Below are positions 25,172 through 39,300 of a DNA stretch of 64,000 nt, one piece after another. The position numbers and the translations under genes are program-made. The notes below the pieces were generated by a model. That model saw only the letters and a list, made by a program, of their open reading frames with translations, did no database searches and was not told the DNA's origin. The number at the start of each line of letters is the position of its first letter. Position 1 is the first letter of the stretch. Location: contig MU008158.1 in NCBI GenBank assembly GCA_010909165.1, forward strand, positions 2,691,478 through 2,755,477, read 5' to 3'. The stretch is from Anthoceros angustus. Its lineage: Eukaryota; Plantae; Anthocerotophyta.

Positions 25172-27964
25172 TTAAGTGGTCAAGATCTCCGGGAGGCTGA
25201 TTGAACCCTTCGAGCCCCTGATGGCTGCTGAGGTGTCAGGGAAGTACTCCAAGCCATTCGGCAGGTCAGTCACCGCACCATCTTTCGTCACTTCGACTGG
25301 AAACGATAACAGATGCCCAGGCAAGTCAACAATCTCTTCTCCTGCATACAATTCAAGCAAGTGATCTGCCTGCCTATTGACTTCCCTGATGCACTCCAGG
25401 CTCGAAGGGTCTGCGAAGACCTCGTCCAACCGCCCTAGATGCTCATACCACAGCGACTGTCTGAAACCATGAATGGCACCTCGGGGCAGCTGCTCGGCTA
25501 TCAGATGATGAGGTTGATATGCTCCAATTGCAATTTCAGAATCCCGTGAACCATCCATGGAGCGTTGATTAATATTTGCAGATCCTACAATGATATACTC
25601 ATCATCCACTGCAGAGGAGGATGCACATCCAAACAAACCAGGCATTAGTGACGTTAGCAACCAATTAATGCAACAGCACGCAACTGGTGCTACCAGAAAT
25701 TGCAATAGGCATCTAATCAATAGAACAAGGCCATCAGAACCTAGGGCTCACCGATCATCATCTTCGAATGGACGTAGATCATAAAACGCCGATTATCTTG
25801 CGCTTTCTGGTAGTCACTTCCTGGCTCCGGAGTCTTTGAAGGCAGATATTCCACACCTTCCTTCGTTTCACGGTTGCCGAGGCAGAAAAAGGTTAAGTAG
25901 TCACGAGGATTTTCATCCTCAATCTGCTTGGCATGCAAGGCTTCTGCGATGTACTTGTACATCATCTGCTGAGTTTTCCTCATCCAGTCCAAGATAGCTT
26001 GCACCGAAGCACTTTCAGGCACACCTTCAGGCCACATGGGAACCACAACGTAGACAGCAAAACGTTCACCCGCTTCAATCTTGTTGACAATTTTAAGTGC
26101 AAGCTCAATTGGAATAAGATGTGAAGCTCCTGCGTGCTGATCCTCAGACCAGGCAAAGCAGCTCCCCAGAAAGTACTGGTTTTCGATGTAGATGAAGTTT
26201 TTCGCTCGCCGGATAGCATGGACATAAGCATCATGAATGCTCTTGTCTATTGTGTTGTTCTTCCCACTCATAAGACCAGCTTTAGCAGCATCACGGGGAT
26301 TCTCAGGAAACCCAGCTGCAGCGCCTGCATCAATCGATCGGAAAAGCTGCACATTCCAGGTCTCCTGATCATCACTGCTAATGACTTCTGTGGGAGGTCC
26401 CATGTTTGGAATATTTCTAATATCCCTCAGGGAATCATCTCCCTTGCCCTGCTTTCTCCAGCGCTGTTCAAAGTTGTACAGGACATCCCATGCTACAGGA
26501 CCCTCCACCCTGGAATGAATATCATGCCATGGCTCCCTAGGACCACCAGACTCAATGGTCGCCCCAGTAAAGTTTGGCTGGTGGAAATCCGAATGGTTAA
26601 CAGAGTCAAGCGTCCTGAAGAGGGAGTGACGTTGATTGTCATAACGCCCATCACAAAGATCAATTCCGCCAACAAAACTAACGATGCGCAAGTCCGCAGA
26701 TCCACCAGGCGAAGGAGCGTCAACAATGACGGTTTTCTGGTGATGCGTGAACATTAACTTGATCTCACTGCCCTGGACAAAACTGAGGGAATCATCGGGA
26801 TCCCGCGGACAAAGCACACAATTGACTTGCGAGTCTCGGAAATACTCACTCGTATCTTCATCGTGAGTGGCCATGAGCCCATCCTTCTTCAGCGAACCGA
26901 CCGAAGTCCTGTCATCCCAGACCAGAAGATTGACTGTAACCCCTTCCTCGGCCTTCTTCTTCAACAGATCTCCCAAAGTTAACCCTTCATCTCCCGGAAC
27001 AGGCCTCTCCGGATCTCGGATCAACGTGATCTGAGTGTAGACAGACCAACCGGTGATGTAAATGATGTTCTTGGCATTATGGATGGCTTCAAACACATCC
27101 TCCCAGCACCTCCCAGGCCTGAAGGCCAGCCCACCGTCCAGCTGCACGTCGGGAGCGAAGTCATTGGCGGCATGTGCGTCTTGATAGAGCGTGACTCTGC
27201 AACCAGTCCTCTGCGGGAAGTAGGTGTAGGGGACGCCGGGGTAACTAGGGCCCTTAATTCCTGCCCCCCAGTGATCATCGTGTGTGGCTTCAAAAAACTG
27301 CAGTCGAAATCTGAGCTTGGCATCACCAATCTTGTCACCTTTCCCATCATCCTTTAGCAGATCGTACCACCCCTCCACCGCTTGTCCTCCCAACAGGTCA
27401 GAGGCTGCCACTCTAGCCGTGCCGAGCACGTCCGCCCCAATAGTATTGCTGTCCTTGATGCTCAAACAAACATAGTCCACACTGTGTGCACAGTAGATAT
27501 GGAAGTCCTCATTCCAGACAGGATTGACAGGCGCCTTCTCAATCACACGGGTGCGGCCAACCGTAGCATTCTTCCCCAGGTTGATGGTGCAGTACAGCCT
27601 GCTGGCTCCCTTCCCAAACCCGACCGCCTCCTCGATGTTCTCCACAAGCTACAATGGGACAGACAACATGTCAGCAACGCAACCGAAAGGCCAGTTCTAG
27701 TCCGAAGCCTACAAATCAAGACCGTCTTCCAAATAGAAACTAGGAGCCCCCGGCACATTCCGAGCAGCGCGTTTCCGGAAAGACTGAGATCTGCGGCGCC
27801 AAGGACTACATGCATGATAGGCAAAGCAGGGATGAGCTGAAAGGCCGAGGACCTACCTTTCTGATGAACTTGGGAGCGCCGCCAGTGGTTCGCTCCGGGT
27901 CGATGAGGTCTTGAGCCTCGAAGACGGAGGCGGCCAAAGTCCCGTGTAGCAGGTAGAAAGCCAT
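25172..27964 (-). CDS. PLDalpha: Phospholipase D alpha (C2-PLD), 3 exons: 27964-27857, 27648-25752, 25608-25172
   Basis: N-terminal LLHGTL C2 domain, two HKD motifs (HHQKTVIVD; VHSKMMIVDD joined across intron 2), [12 protein letters not shown]-terminal LPEILTT and canonical GT-AG splice sites. Confidence 0.97.
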
Positions 27965-28774
27965 GGTTGGAGCGGGCTCGGATCGGCTTGAGCTTGGAAT
28001 GAGCTCAGCTTTTGCTCCCGCTCCTGCTCGCCTCCGCTGACAAGCTGACCTCGAGCTGGGGGAGAAATGGCGGGTTCGATGGAGGACTAAGGTCAAGAGG
28101 AGTCCGCGTGCCGTTTTTTCAGGAGATAGCCACGCGCCTACTTCATGGCACTGCACAGTAGCGCACATTACGGATTACCGGCGCGCAGCTTAAATGGCCC
28201 ATTTCGAAGCACTCTTTCCCGGTCATTACTGACCCGCTCAGACTTCGGCAAATCACTCTTTGGCTGCTACCGTGTTTCAGGGCGGGCGTGAAGTTCACGG
28301 TTCACGGGCGAGCGGGGGGTTACGGTTTCCACTGTACTGAGACCGGTGATTGCGTTATCTCTTGGCGAGAAATCAGGAGTGTTATAACGCGCAAGTCGAC
28401 GGGCTGATGAGAATATCTCACACGTTATGCTGCGTTTGAGAAGATCCTGAGCAGATAGTTTCGCAGACGCGTTTTAGCCCTGGTTTGGCCCCGCCTAGAG
28501 TCCGATTTAGCGGACAGGTGAACACCGAGCACGGTACATGTTACCGGTTATTATAGGTCATCAACTCCCACCCCACCAGGACGACCCCGTTTTCTGCACC
28601 TCGCATTTGAGCGGTGTGCTTTGGCATACCCCGACAGCGACTCGAAAAAGTGTTCGGGTGTTGCTTTCCAAACATTCGATGTCATACGGATATTGTTATG
28701 CGGTTTTGTCATCACACCAAACACCACGTTTGTACTCATTTTCAAACGGGGAACATAGGTACTTCATAAAATAT

Positions 28775-29035
28775 GGAGAGATTGGAGAAGTCCCATCTAT
28801 ACCGAGGTGATGGGAAACAACCCACTACAAGGCCCGAGGTGAAGACGGACTGGCCCCGCGATTGTCTACCTTGAAGTTACCTACCGAGGTATTGTAGTCT
28901 GGAATAGGGAAGGGCCTACTTACCGCCGGAGCTCAAAATGCAGCGTCTCCTGCATTCGAAGTCGTCTGAGAAATGGTGTTTGCCAATGCCCTTTGCAGCG
29001 CGATGGAAATACACCAAGCCGACAAGTGCCATAGA
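28775..29035 (-). mobile_element. 3' end fragment of an RLE-type (CRE/R2-like) non-LTR retrotransposon
   Basis: The minus strand reads ISIALQRALAN, like the RLE C-terminal LSxALQRGNA motif. The downstream segment is homologous to 59035-59250. Confidence 0.55.
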
Positions 29036-29933
29036 AAAAAAAAAAAAGAGTATTGTGCTCTTCCTTTGGACTTTTTTCATGTCCTACTTGATCAACAGCG
29101 GCTAGCACGACAATGTAATTCCAACACCAATCTCAATCGCACAACCGGTAGCATCTGTAACTAATGTGGAAAGCACTGCTCCAACTAAAAATAAGGCAAC
29201 GAGCGTGTGGTGGATGCCAGAGTGGAGTGCACAATAGGCATTTTGGCGTCAACTTCTGCTGATATGACTTGGGATGTGCCAGCCTACCGGCGCATAGCTC
29301 AGCAAAGTTGCCCAAGAGCGCTTTGTTAGATGGAAGATGCGTCGTAGTAAGTCGCAATTGGTGAAGACAACAAGGGCATTGGACTTTGGTACCACTATGT
29401 CTTTATTAGTGCATCGCCTTTTTATGCATGCCTTATATAAACCATGAATTGGCCGGGATTGTCTCCCTATTAAACTTATCACTCTAAATACGCCTCTAGT
29501 TTTGTATGTGTCTTCGAGGTTAGGGTCACATCCTGAAGTTTTGAGTGAAGGAATGCGATTGTAGTCTAGCGCAAAAGGGCAAGATCTCTGTCGCACGAGG
29601 TAAGCACTTGCATTCATTTGAGCACTTCCTCAACAGACAACCAAGCAAAACAGATGTAATACGCAGATATAGGTGCAAACCAATTGTAACAATAGAAGGG
29701 AGTAGCTCACACATCGTGACACAAACACACTCTCCCCATGAGAACAACATGCAAATTCTTCACACATCGCTCTCAGAGTCGTAGCTTTGGCCTCCCCACA
29801 ACACCCTTGCATTGCATATCTAGAGGACAAGCTATGATCTAAGCTTGTCCTCTGTGAAAGGGTCTATATATACTAGCCCTTGGTATCGGCATATTTCTAA
29901 GATATCCTATAGGCATCAGCATATGCCGGAAAT

Positions 29934-30080
29934 ATCCTAAGGATACACTATAATATGCAAGGAATATGCTAAAGCATATTACGTGAGCTTATCCACTTAG
30001 CTATTGTATCCTAAGAATACACTGTAATATGCAAGGAATCTGCCAAAGCATATTACTTGAGCTTATCCACTTAGCTATTG
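29934..30080. repeat. Two direct repeats of about 73 bp (LTR/U3-like)
   Basis: atcctaag(g/a)atacact(a/g)taatatgcaaggaat...gagcttatccacttagctattg occurs twice. Confidence 0.8.
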
Positions 30081-30179
30081 CTAACCATGTTTAATTAACA
30101 TTAATCAACACTTAATTAACACTAATTACTTACTTAAAGATAAATAATTAGATTAATTAATGCTAATCAAATACTAAAC

Positions 30180-31720
30180 CCAAGTGCAGAGATTAGTGTC
30201 ACACGACATCACATCTCTCATCAAAACACTAGTCTTGTAATAAACACCAGTTGTCAAATCTATAAATAACAAAATTGGCATCCTGTGTGCAACCCCTTAG
30301 CACGAATGTCGCAGACTGCGCTCTACCCTCCCTCTCCGCTATCCCACCCCTTGCAAACCATATCTCGCACCATGGCTACTCTACTGCCTCCTCGGACCAC
30401 CGCCCACCTTACGCTCGGCTGATGGCACTTGCATTGCGCAACACGAGCATGAGGTCAGCACCGATCGGCATCCTTTGTCATGATGCTCACCAGGAGAGCC
30501 TCCATTGTAGCCTCCAAATATATTAGGGTTAGATCCCGGTATGTAATCGGGTTCCTCCTCCGCCATTCCATTCCCCATTCTCGTAAACTCATGTCGCCAT
30601 CAAGAAAGAAACCTCGAGGTCACACTCGATTGCGCCTCTTACAAACCATATATATGTTGTTGAGCTTCTCCATCAATGAGTTTTTAGGGGTGCTCGATGC
30701 TGTAAACGCTTGGAACGAGATACCATCATCTCTTGGAGGCCCCTTGTTGCAATGAGAACGCGATATGCTCTAACTCCATTGTAATCTTTGCCCTCTCTTC
30801 CTCACTGCAACTCCGCTTTTGTAACCTTCTTATCAGTCAACATTTTCTCTCCAAATCCCATGTACCGCCATCTTTGAAAATCCGATTCGTTTACATGATT
30901 TTCCTCCATGGGCGGACACACGGGCTCCATCGGCCATTCCAAGTGCAGAGATTAGTGTCACCGACATCACATCTCTCATCAAAACACTAGTCTTGTAATA
31001 AACACCAGTTGTCAAATCTATAAATAACAAAATTGGCATCCTGTGTGCAACCCCTTAGCACGAATGTCGCAGACTGCGCTCTACCCTCCCTCTCCGCTAT
31101 CCCACCCCTTGCAAACCATATCTCGCACCATGGCTACTCTACTGCCTCCTCGGACCACCGCCCACCTTACGTTCGACAGATGGCACTTGCAGATTGCGCA
31201 ACACGAGCATGAGGCCGCACTGACTGGCATCCTTTGTCATGATGCTCACCAGTAGAGCCTCCATTGTAGCCTCCAAATATATTAGGGTTAGATCCCCGGT
31301 GCTATGTAACTGGGTTCCTCCTCCTGTCGCCATTCCATTCCCCATTCTCGTAAACTCATGTCAGCGCCATCGCGAAAGAAACCTCGAGGTCACACTCGAT
31401 TGCGCCCCTCCCCTCTTACAAACCCATATATATGTTGTTGAGCTTCTCCATCAATGAGTTTTTAGGGGTGCTCGATGCTGTAAACGCTTGGAACGAGATA
31501 CCATCATCTCTTGGAGGCCCCTTGTTGCAATGAGAACGCGATATGCTCTAACTCCATTGTAATCTTTGCCCTCTCTTCCTCACTGCAACTCCGCTTTTGT
31601 AACCTTCTTATCAGTCAACATTTTCTCTCCAAATCCCATGTACCGCCATCTTTGAAAATCCGATTCGTTTACATGATTTTCCTCCATGGGCGGACACACG
31701 GGCTCCATCGGCCATTCCAA
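30180..31720. repeat. Tandem duplication of about 760-780 bp, probably within an LTR-element remnant
   Basis: ccaagtgcagagattagtgtca occurs at 30180 and 30939, and ccaag recurs at 31717. The MEAPCCNEN ORFs at 30733 and 31511 are identical over most of their shared length. Confidence 0.9.
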
Positions 31721-32104
31721 GCAGGCAGACCACATCCTCCCGGAGGTTTCTCCCTATCGCAGATCTCTGCAGGGTCCTCATCTTCGTCCTCCGCTTACGC
31801 CATTCTGTCCTTGTGGTTGGAGCTCAACTCCACTATTGCCATCTTTTTTGTAGTCTTAGACGCATGCCAATATCATTTCAAATCTTAAATATGCATGGAC
31901 AACATGGCAGTATCACAACTTACCTTCCGCCCAATATTCCTTTTGTACAAGCACCAGCTCGTGCGGCTGTTACTATGTTCCTACCCTCCGCTTGGAGTGT
32001 GCTCCGCCATTTGGAGGGGCGCATTCTCCTTGACCTCGGCTGTCGGAGCGCTTGGTTGCACCTCTCGTCCTTCGCTGCAGCCTCTGCGCTCTAACCTTCG
32101 CTGT

Positions 32105-32330
32105 TGATGCCCTTGGCATTGCAATAGTTGCCAGAAGAAAGCCATCATTTAGGACAAGGGGAGACCAACCCGATTCTTACGGGTGTGCTAGACTTCAACA
32201 TAGCCCTTGATAAACCTCGAAAATTCCTTGTCCATGGCGCCATGAGTTTCGATAACAAGGGAGATGAAAGAATGGCCTTAATAATTAGGGTGTACTTATG
32301 AACCTTGTCTGTCGCGGATCCCTCCACCGC
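32105..32330 (-). mobile_element. RLE-type non-LTR retrotransposon fragment
   Basis: The minus strand reads GHSFISLVIETHGAMDKEFSRFIK, matching the F.PLV.ET.G RLE motif. The DNA is similar to 59290-59390. Confidence 0.6.
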
Positions 32331-32639
32331 CTACCTCGGATGATTGATGATTGACATGCTCGCATATCGCATGGTGGGTAGGGTTTGTTATTACCACATT
32401 TGCAAGAGAGACTTAATCCTCCCTGGTTAGAACTAAGTCAGCCATGAGAGAGACGCCATTGAGTGCTTGAAACAATCGTCCTTATTCCTGTCAAGTATGC
32501 TACATTGGACCACTTGCTGGTATTCTTATAAACACATATAGGAAATATGCATGTGAATTCTGAATCTTGTTAAAAAAGTATGTTTGTCAAGCTCACACCT
32601 CATACTCCCAAATTTAAGGTCCAGTAGCGTTGTTTCGTT

Positions 32640-32900
32640 GTTTGTGTTGGCTACGACAGCATGCGTGGTTTCCTTGTTCTCTAATTTGCTTATGTAGGTG
32701 CTTTCCTTTTTCCAGGGCCAGGCTGCCCAGCCTTTGACATGCCTGCAGGAGGCACCCACAAATGTCACGAGATTGAGTACAGCTGGGCCTTCTTGCAGTG
32801 TGTCCTCTGGGGAAGTGCTTTCGACCCGATGTCATACACAACCTTTGTCGTGAAAGAGCTTTTGATCAACAAGGAGACTCGTGTTTACCTGGAGACCAGC
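32640..32900 (-). pseudogene. PLS-class PPR gene fragment
   Basis: VTFVG..LQACQRLGSLALEKGKHLHKQIREQG across a frameshift, a typical PPR L-motif. There is no long ORF. Confidence 0.6.
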
Positions 32901-34810
32901 TGAAAACAGGGGATCCATACGAGAAACTCCCGGATCATTCTTTTAACACGAATATCAAAGTGGTTCTTCTTGGATGGAGCTCCTGACCACGATTCCCGAT
33001 ATGGCGCATGTCCCCGTCTTGCCTGAATAGGGAAGAATGGCTCTTTTCGTGCCCAGTATGCTTCTTATCCCCAACAAGAAAACCATGAACGAGTCCGTCA
33101 ATGTCTGTCCACCGGCTCTGACCAGGCTGCTACCATGTCTTGATTGCCTGTTCTTGCTCCAATCGATATCTACCTCGTGTGTGTCTGCAAGCCAGGGCTT
33201 TGCAGTTTCAGACCAGCACGCTCCGCCGCAGCTGGACAAGCAAGGTGGCTGGCTCCTGAATCAAGCAATCCCGTTGCGCGTGAGCCATCCAGCCCCACCA
33301 GAAACTTGATGGGGGTGTGGTTCATGGACTTAGTAGTGGGCTCCTGCAAAAGGGTTTACTGCTCTTTGCAGGTGATGCATTGCCAACTCCAGCTCTGGCT
33401 GGCCGAATTATCGGGCCTCATATGGAAAGCGGCAATTAGAAGACTTATGCAGCACGATATCCTTCAGACGCGTTAAGTTTAATACCTACTCGGACGACTA
33501 GGTGTGAATCGGACTGGACAATCGCCGGGTTTGAGGTATGGTGTCACCTTCCCGGTCACCCGTCGCTGAATTGGGAGTCTCGTCTCGTCGTGGCTATGGC
33601 CTAAATCCTTGGCTCCTCCAGAAAAAGCCGTGAGTACGCAAATAGGAGCCCTACAGTGCATGGATTCCGGGTGGTGTGAGCCACCGGGGTCCATGATGTG
33701 TGCGAGGTTTTCGGTATCGACTACCTTTGCTTGTAGTGACCGCGGTTGCCTCATCGACCCCGTTCTGAGGTTTCACAAGAGGGCTTTAGCCACTCCGCAG
33801 AAAGCAGGACTTCAGTCTGGGATGGTGGAGCGGATTTCTAGCCGCCCCCACCAGTGTCCGTGGTGCTGAAAGTGTGCTCTGCGGACGAGACTGGAAGAGA
33901 ATCACATCGTATTTCTCTCTTCAACGCTGTTCGGTTGTCGGGATTGATCGGCCGATCCTTGCGGTTTCTGCGTAAGTCTGACCTACAGGCTATCTGCGGT
34001 GCGGTTTGTCCCTGATCCAAGTTTTCTCTTTTGCTTTGTGTACTGGGTTAACATCCACTGTTTGCTGCCGCATGTTTCCAATGCATGTTCTGGTGAGAGT
34101 TGATCTGGAAATGGACTGGACCTGATCTAAACTCATAGCAATTTTGTGTCTGCTTCTGGTCGGATCTTTAGTCTTGAGGATCCTCCTATATGTCTAGGAT
34201 CTGTTGGCAGGAGTGTCAAGTCTCGGTCCGCTTTCCATCCTCATGTGACGGGATATCGACAGTTCACGATATCCCAGTGGCCGTCCAGTTCTCAAGGTCT
34301 GGGTGGTGCAGCGACCTTGACCTTTTCCTACATCTGGCTTTTAGGTTACGGATTTGGAATGCTTAGCGATGTTCTCCTTTCCGTTGGGTTTGGGTCCCTG
34401 GCGAAATTATGGCAGACCTTTCTACGAGAAGTAGCTAAAGCAAAGGATGCCATTCAAGCTTTGTGGTCCACGGTATGTGCACCAGTCCACGGGCCCAACT
34501 TACTTCTACTAAGGACAAAAAACATGCTTTTTCTTTGTGATCCGCACATTCCATGCAGAGCTTGGGCAGCCTAAAGATGTTGAACCCTCCCAAGTCTTGC
34601 ATGCGAATTGTGTTTTATTTCCGAGTAGTTGCCAATGGTATGTTAAGGTTGACAAGGTGATGGCTTGTTGTTGAGGGTCAGCTATTTGATGTGTCTCAAT
34701 TTGTCTGTGGTCTTTCTCAGTCCTATCAAGGCAAACGAGAAGGTCGAGGAAAGCTGGTTGGGAAATCTTGCTTTGGGTATTGGGATTCCTTTGTTATCGG
34801 TTGGGCAAAG

Positions 34811-35938
34811 ATGCAACAAGATGAGGCCCCCTTTGCAGCAGAAGAATCTGTGCAAGAAGCAACTCAAGCAGGTGTTTCAGAGCAGAAGTCTGGTGGAATG
34901 GATGATGCCCAAAACCAGGAGGGCCAAATCGCAGGCCTTCAGAGGAAAGGCATGGCGGAATTTTTGAGAGCGTACTTTCTGGCCAAATATATGCAAAGTG
35001 ACAACGTCCCTTGCAAAATAGAGCAGGTATTCTAACATTTTCAGAAAACTTGGGGGCCTGAAAGGTGCATTGTCGTCATGGGCCAGTGCATAACTCCTCC
35101 CTGTTCACAATTCAGGATATTTACTACCTCTTGCTGGCATGGTTGTGTGAGTGTCTTTATCCAGCTGTATGTGTGTCACGGATAGTGTGCTCTCCAGCTT
35201 AGCCGCGATGGGGTCCTCGCAAGGCCTTCCCCATGACGCGAAAATACCATCCGTCTGTTCATTTGCAGGGACTGTACCTTGGATCTATTGGAGCAGCATA
35301 TAATAAGGCGGCACTGATGCATCTGAATGTGACCCATATTTTAGTTGTTGCCAATTCTGTTGAAATGCCTTTTCCTCGCGAATTCAAATATTTGCGTATC
35401 GACGGTGAGTCTGGACTTCCCTCTTGATTGTGATTAGAAGCAGTGGCCTCATTCTTGGGGCAACACAATCCGTTATTCAAAGTTGTTTGACTTCCTGCGT
35501 CCAACATCTAATACAAAGTGTGTGAAAGCAGTTTTGGACAGTCCAACGGTGAATCTGTTGGAGTATTTCAGTACATGTTTTTCGTTTATTGATGAAGGAA
35601 GAAAGGGTGGCGGTTCTGTGCTGGTTCATTGCTTTGCAGGAAAATCCAGAAGGTGTAACCCCTCTCCTTGCTCGTTCGTTGTGGTTTGAGGACTCCTCTT
35701 GTGGCTTGCAAACGGCATTGAACCCACTTTTACTCCATGGGTCTTGTGCAGTGTGACAGTTGTTTTAGGATACTTGATGAGAAGGTATGCTTGGACCCTG
35801 TCTCAAGCATTAGAACTTGTGAAGGCTAAGCGACCCCAAGCATCACCAAACAATGGGTTCATGTTGCAACTTCACAGCTTCGAAGAGCAATTGCGGGGTG
35901 TGTGTTTTCCTGTCCTGTGGTGGTTGTCGTTGAGCTAA
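34811..35938 (+). CDS. Dual-specificity protein phosphatase (DsPTP1-like), about 4 exons
   Basis: GLYLGSIGAA...VTHILVVA; VLVHCFAGKSRS signature (HCxxGxSR) completed across an intron; VTVVLGYLM...RPQASPNNGFMLQL. Exons are approximately 34811-35026, 35270-35404, 35531-35651 and 35753 onward; the last exon boundary is uncertain. Confidence 0.9.
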
Positions 35939-36393
35939 CTGGTGGTTTCCGCCAGAGCACTGATCCTGTGAGCACTGGTAGGCGGAACGCGACGTGACGG
36001 CAGCAACGTCTGACGCGCGCGCCGTCATCCTGTGCTGAGAGATTGGAGTCCTGCTCCCTGGAATAGAATAGCGGCCATAGTCGAGGTATCTACTCTATTG
36101 CAGTGCGTTGGTTCTCCCCCTTCCGGCAAATGGGTATTGTGCGTGAGAAATGTGTATGAGATAAGACTGTAGGTTTAGGTCGTGTTTTCTATGCCTCATC
36201 GTGACCATACACATAATTTCAGGTAATCTATACCACAGCCTGGCAGAGACGCGTCTGTTGCCATCCCAGGGACGGAAAGAACTTGCTTGCCTGCCAGCTT
36301 TCTCACTGATCGCAAGGGACGCTCACGATGAAAGAACCCGACAAGCAACTGTAAACTCCTTGAGTACGAGGTTATGAAACCCGGAACCCGCAT

Positions 36394-39300
36394 CTACGTC
36401 TTGTAGATTGGGAGATCAGTGAAATTCCAGTCTTCATCCACAAAGTTAGCTTTTGTTGTCGCGGAAAAGAGACTGCATGATCGCGCAGGTGTGGCGGACT
36501 GTTGTGAGAGGCTTTGATGAGGTTTATCAGCTAAAGTGAACAAAGTGTCGCCAGAAACAAGCTGATACTCCAAGGATTTAATATCTACTGGCATGCTTGG
36601 GCATCCGTTCCTTTCAGCCTGTTGGGTATCCTGTCGTTCGGCCTTCGCCAACATGGTTCGATACCGTTGCGCTTCATCTTTCCTGCCGAGACTGCCACAC
36701 ATTTGCACGAGGTACCGAAGGGACTCCACATTGTCAGGTTGGGAGGCAGAGATGTCCTTGTACTTGGCTAAAGCCTTTGAGTAAGCTCCGGTCCGCCGAT
36801 AACATGATGCTATCAAAAGCTGCCATTTAACCTGCAAGGCACTGTATGTCAAGCATTTTGAAGACTGCTGTCTGGTCTGCCGGTTTAGATGGGGTGGCGA
36901 CAGAAAGTTTTACCTCACCAGGCTCAATTCTGTGAGCTAGGTCGAAGAAAGGTAAGGCCTTTTCATAAACTTCGGTCTTGTTATAAAACTCTCCCAGCCA
37001 GGCTATGATCTCCATATTCACAGGATATACTCGATGAGACTCGCTGTAATAGTGCAAGGCTTTCAGTTCATCTTCGAGGTTGCTGTGGAGATGACCCAAA
37101 GTCGCAAGAATACCAGCATCGTGCATTGCCCGCGTGTTCACAATCTCCAGCCACTTGATAGCCTGACTAACGTTCCCCATAAGCTCGTTCAGCTGCCCGA
37201 TCTGCTTGACCACTCACAACAGAGAGATTATGTGCGAGACGAGTCAAATTCGCCAGGTTAGAATGAAGTCTCAACATTAATTGGTAGTACCTGAAACAGG
37301 ACCTCCACGTTATTAGAAAGAACATTACTGAGTTTCTTGAAAATACTCAAAGCATCTGGAAGGGAACCCAGCTTTCGATTGGCAAGGCCAAGGTTGTAGA
37401 TAGCCTCGACACAATCTGCGTCAACCTCTACTGCCTCTGCGTACAATGCCTTGGCACCCTCGACATCACCCTGCCATGAGGAAGGGAGCATCTTGTACTC
37501 AGCGCAAATGAAGAGCATTTTCGACAGCAGTGATGATTGATTCTACAAAAGCGACGACACCTAGAGGATTACCCTAGAGAACAGACAATTTCCTTTATTG
37601 ACAAGTGCACAGACGTTGTATCGGTTTGTCTTCACGGCAAGCTCAGCATTTTTTTCTGCATTCGACAAATCCCCTTCAAGATAATACAGGAAGGACAAGT
37701 TGGTTGCAGCGCGGGCTTTCAAGTCCTTCTCCTTGCGCTGGAACTCTTTCAACAAACCGATAGCCTGGAGTAATAGGAGGTCGTGATGAGCCTTCTCCCT
37801 CGAGGTCCACACAGGCAGTTCTTTTTTATCAGATCATTAGTACCATGCTCTGAAGGGTGTCATAGGGAGCATTACTTGACTGTAGTTCTTTCTACGCAGA
37901 TGTTGGATAGCTTTGTCCATTTCCATCTCGTGAGCTAAAGCGACATACTGCTGATCTTTAAGCAGATCAATCACCCAGTCGTAACCTTCCACAAAAGTAG
38001 TTCCAATCACTGGCGCGATGAGCCTAGCCGCAGTCAGTATGTACTTCGTGACATGCTGCTGCCTGACCCGAAGCTCCTCTTTCAGAGGATCATTCTGGAA
38101 AACGACAGAGTGAGAGTGCACCCAGGATGCTGTTTAAATATGCAACGACCGAAGCTAGTCACTTTTTTAAGGCAGGGGATTGGAAGTTGAGTAATTATGG
38201 CGCCCAACATTCCAGGACTTGTTTCTATAACAAACCTGGGATCGGTCTGCATCAGAATCATCATCGGAATCTGGATCATGGAGCCTCAATATGAGCATCT
38301 TGGTGAAGCAATTCCTCATCTTATCAGCATTGCCCAGGATGTAGTAGCACACGATGGAGTTATAGCCTGTCTGATGATCTAGTTTTAACTCCATGATGGC
38401 TTCAAATGACTGCACAGCATCCTGAGGAAGGATACAACGTCATCAGACGCTGGAATGGGGACAAGAAACCCGAACCGTGGATCCTGAGCTCAAAGTCGTG
38501 CATAACCTGATATTGCCCGAGCTTCATGAGAGCATTGCCGATATTCCGCATGATCTTGTACCGCGTCTCCTTGTAGCTATTGGGCGTCTGGTCCAGAGCC
38601 ATGCGGTACATCTTGATGGCTACCGGGTACTTCCGCTGCTCATAATAAACATTTCCCATGTTCACCCTGAGCCTGCCACCGTGCGCAAACTGTGTCGACC
38701 TCTATACATTCAGCAGACAACATATGGAGAACATCCCTGCCCTCACAAACAAACAAAAAAGCAACCTGCTTATTTTTAACTATCTGCGAGTAGGAGCTCA
38801 GAGCCTCCGACTGCAACCCGTTAACCTCATACTGATGCCCCAGGTTGAAGCACACAGCAAACGTCAACTCCAAGTTCATCCTGTCACCCTGTACACTCAC
38901 TCGTGAGATGGCAGCAGGAGAAGGCAGCACACACAGGGTTGGTGTCTACCAGGCCTGCCTGTTCTCGATGCTTGCATAGAGCCCTCTCTCTTTTGCTGGC
39001 TTCCTTAGCCTTCTCCAGAGCAGCCGCATGGTCCCCCTGACCACAGCGAGCCCAAATGAGCACGAGTTCCCTCCGATCTTCCCGTACCAGCAAGGTGAGA
39101 AAAGTAAGGTTACAGCAAGACTGGCAGCAGCGCTGTCCCGCAGCAGCTGGTTCACACTGCGCTCCATCTCCCGGCCTTGCTGCTCCGGATCCACAGCATC
39201 CTTCTTCCCGATGGCTGCTGCCTTCACCCCTTGATTCAGCGGATCAAACCTGGCGCCCTGCCCTGCCCCGCCCGCGTCACCCCAGCTCTCTAGCGTGCAA

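Noticed and set aside
26134-27840. Plus-strand ORFs of 207 and 152 aa within PLD
   Set aside because: They are antisense to the long PLD exon and have no independent motif.
28775-32330. A single RLE element split by a 3-kb nested insertion
   Set aside because: The two fragments appear to overlap in the LQRA region rather than abut, and no TSD was found. They are more likely separate copies.
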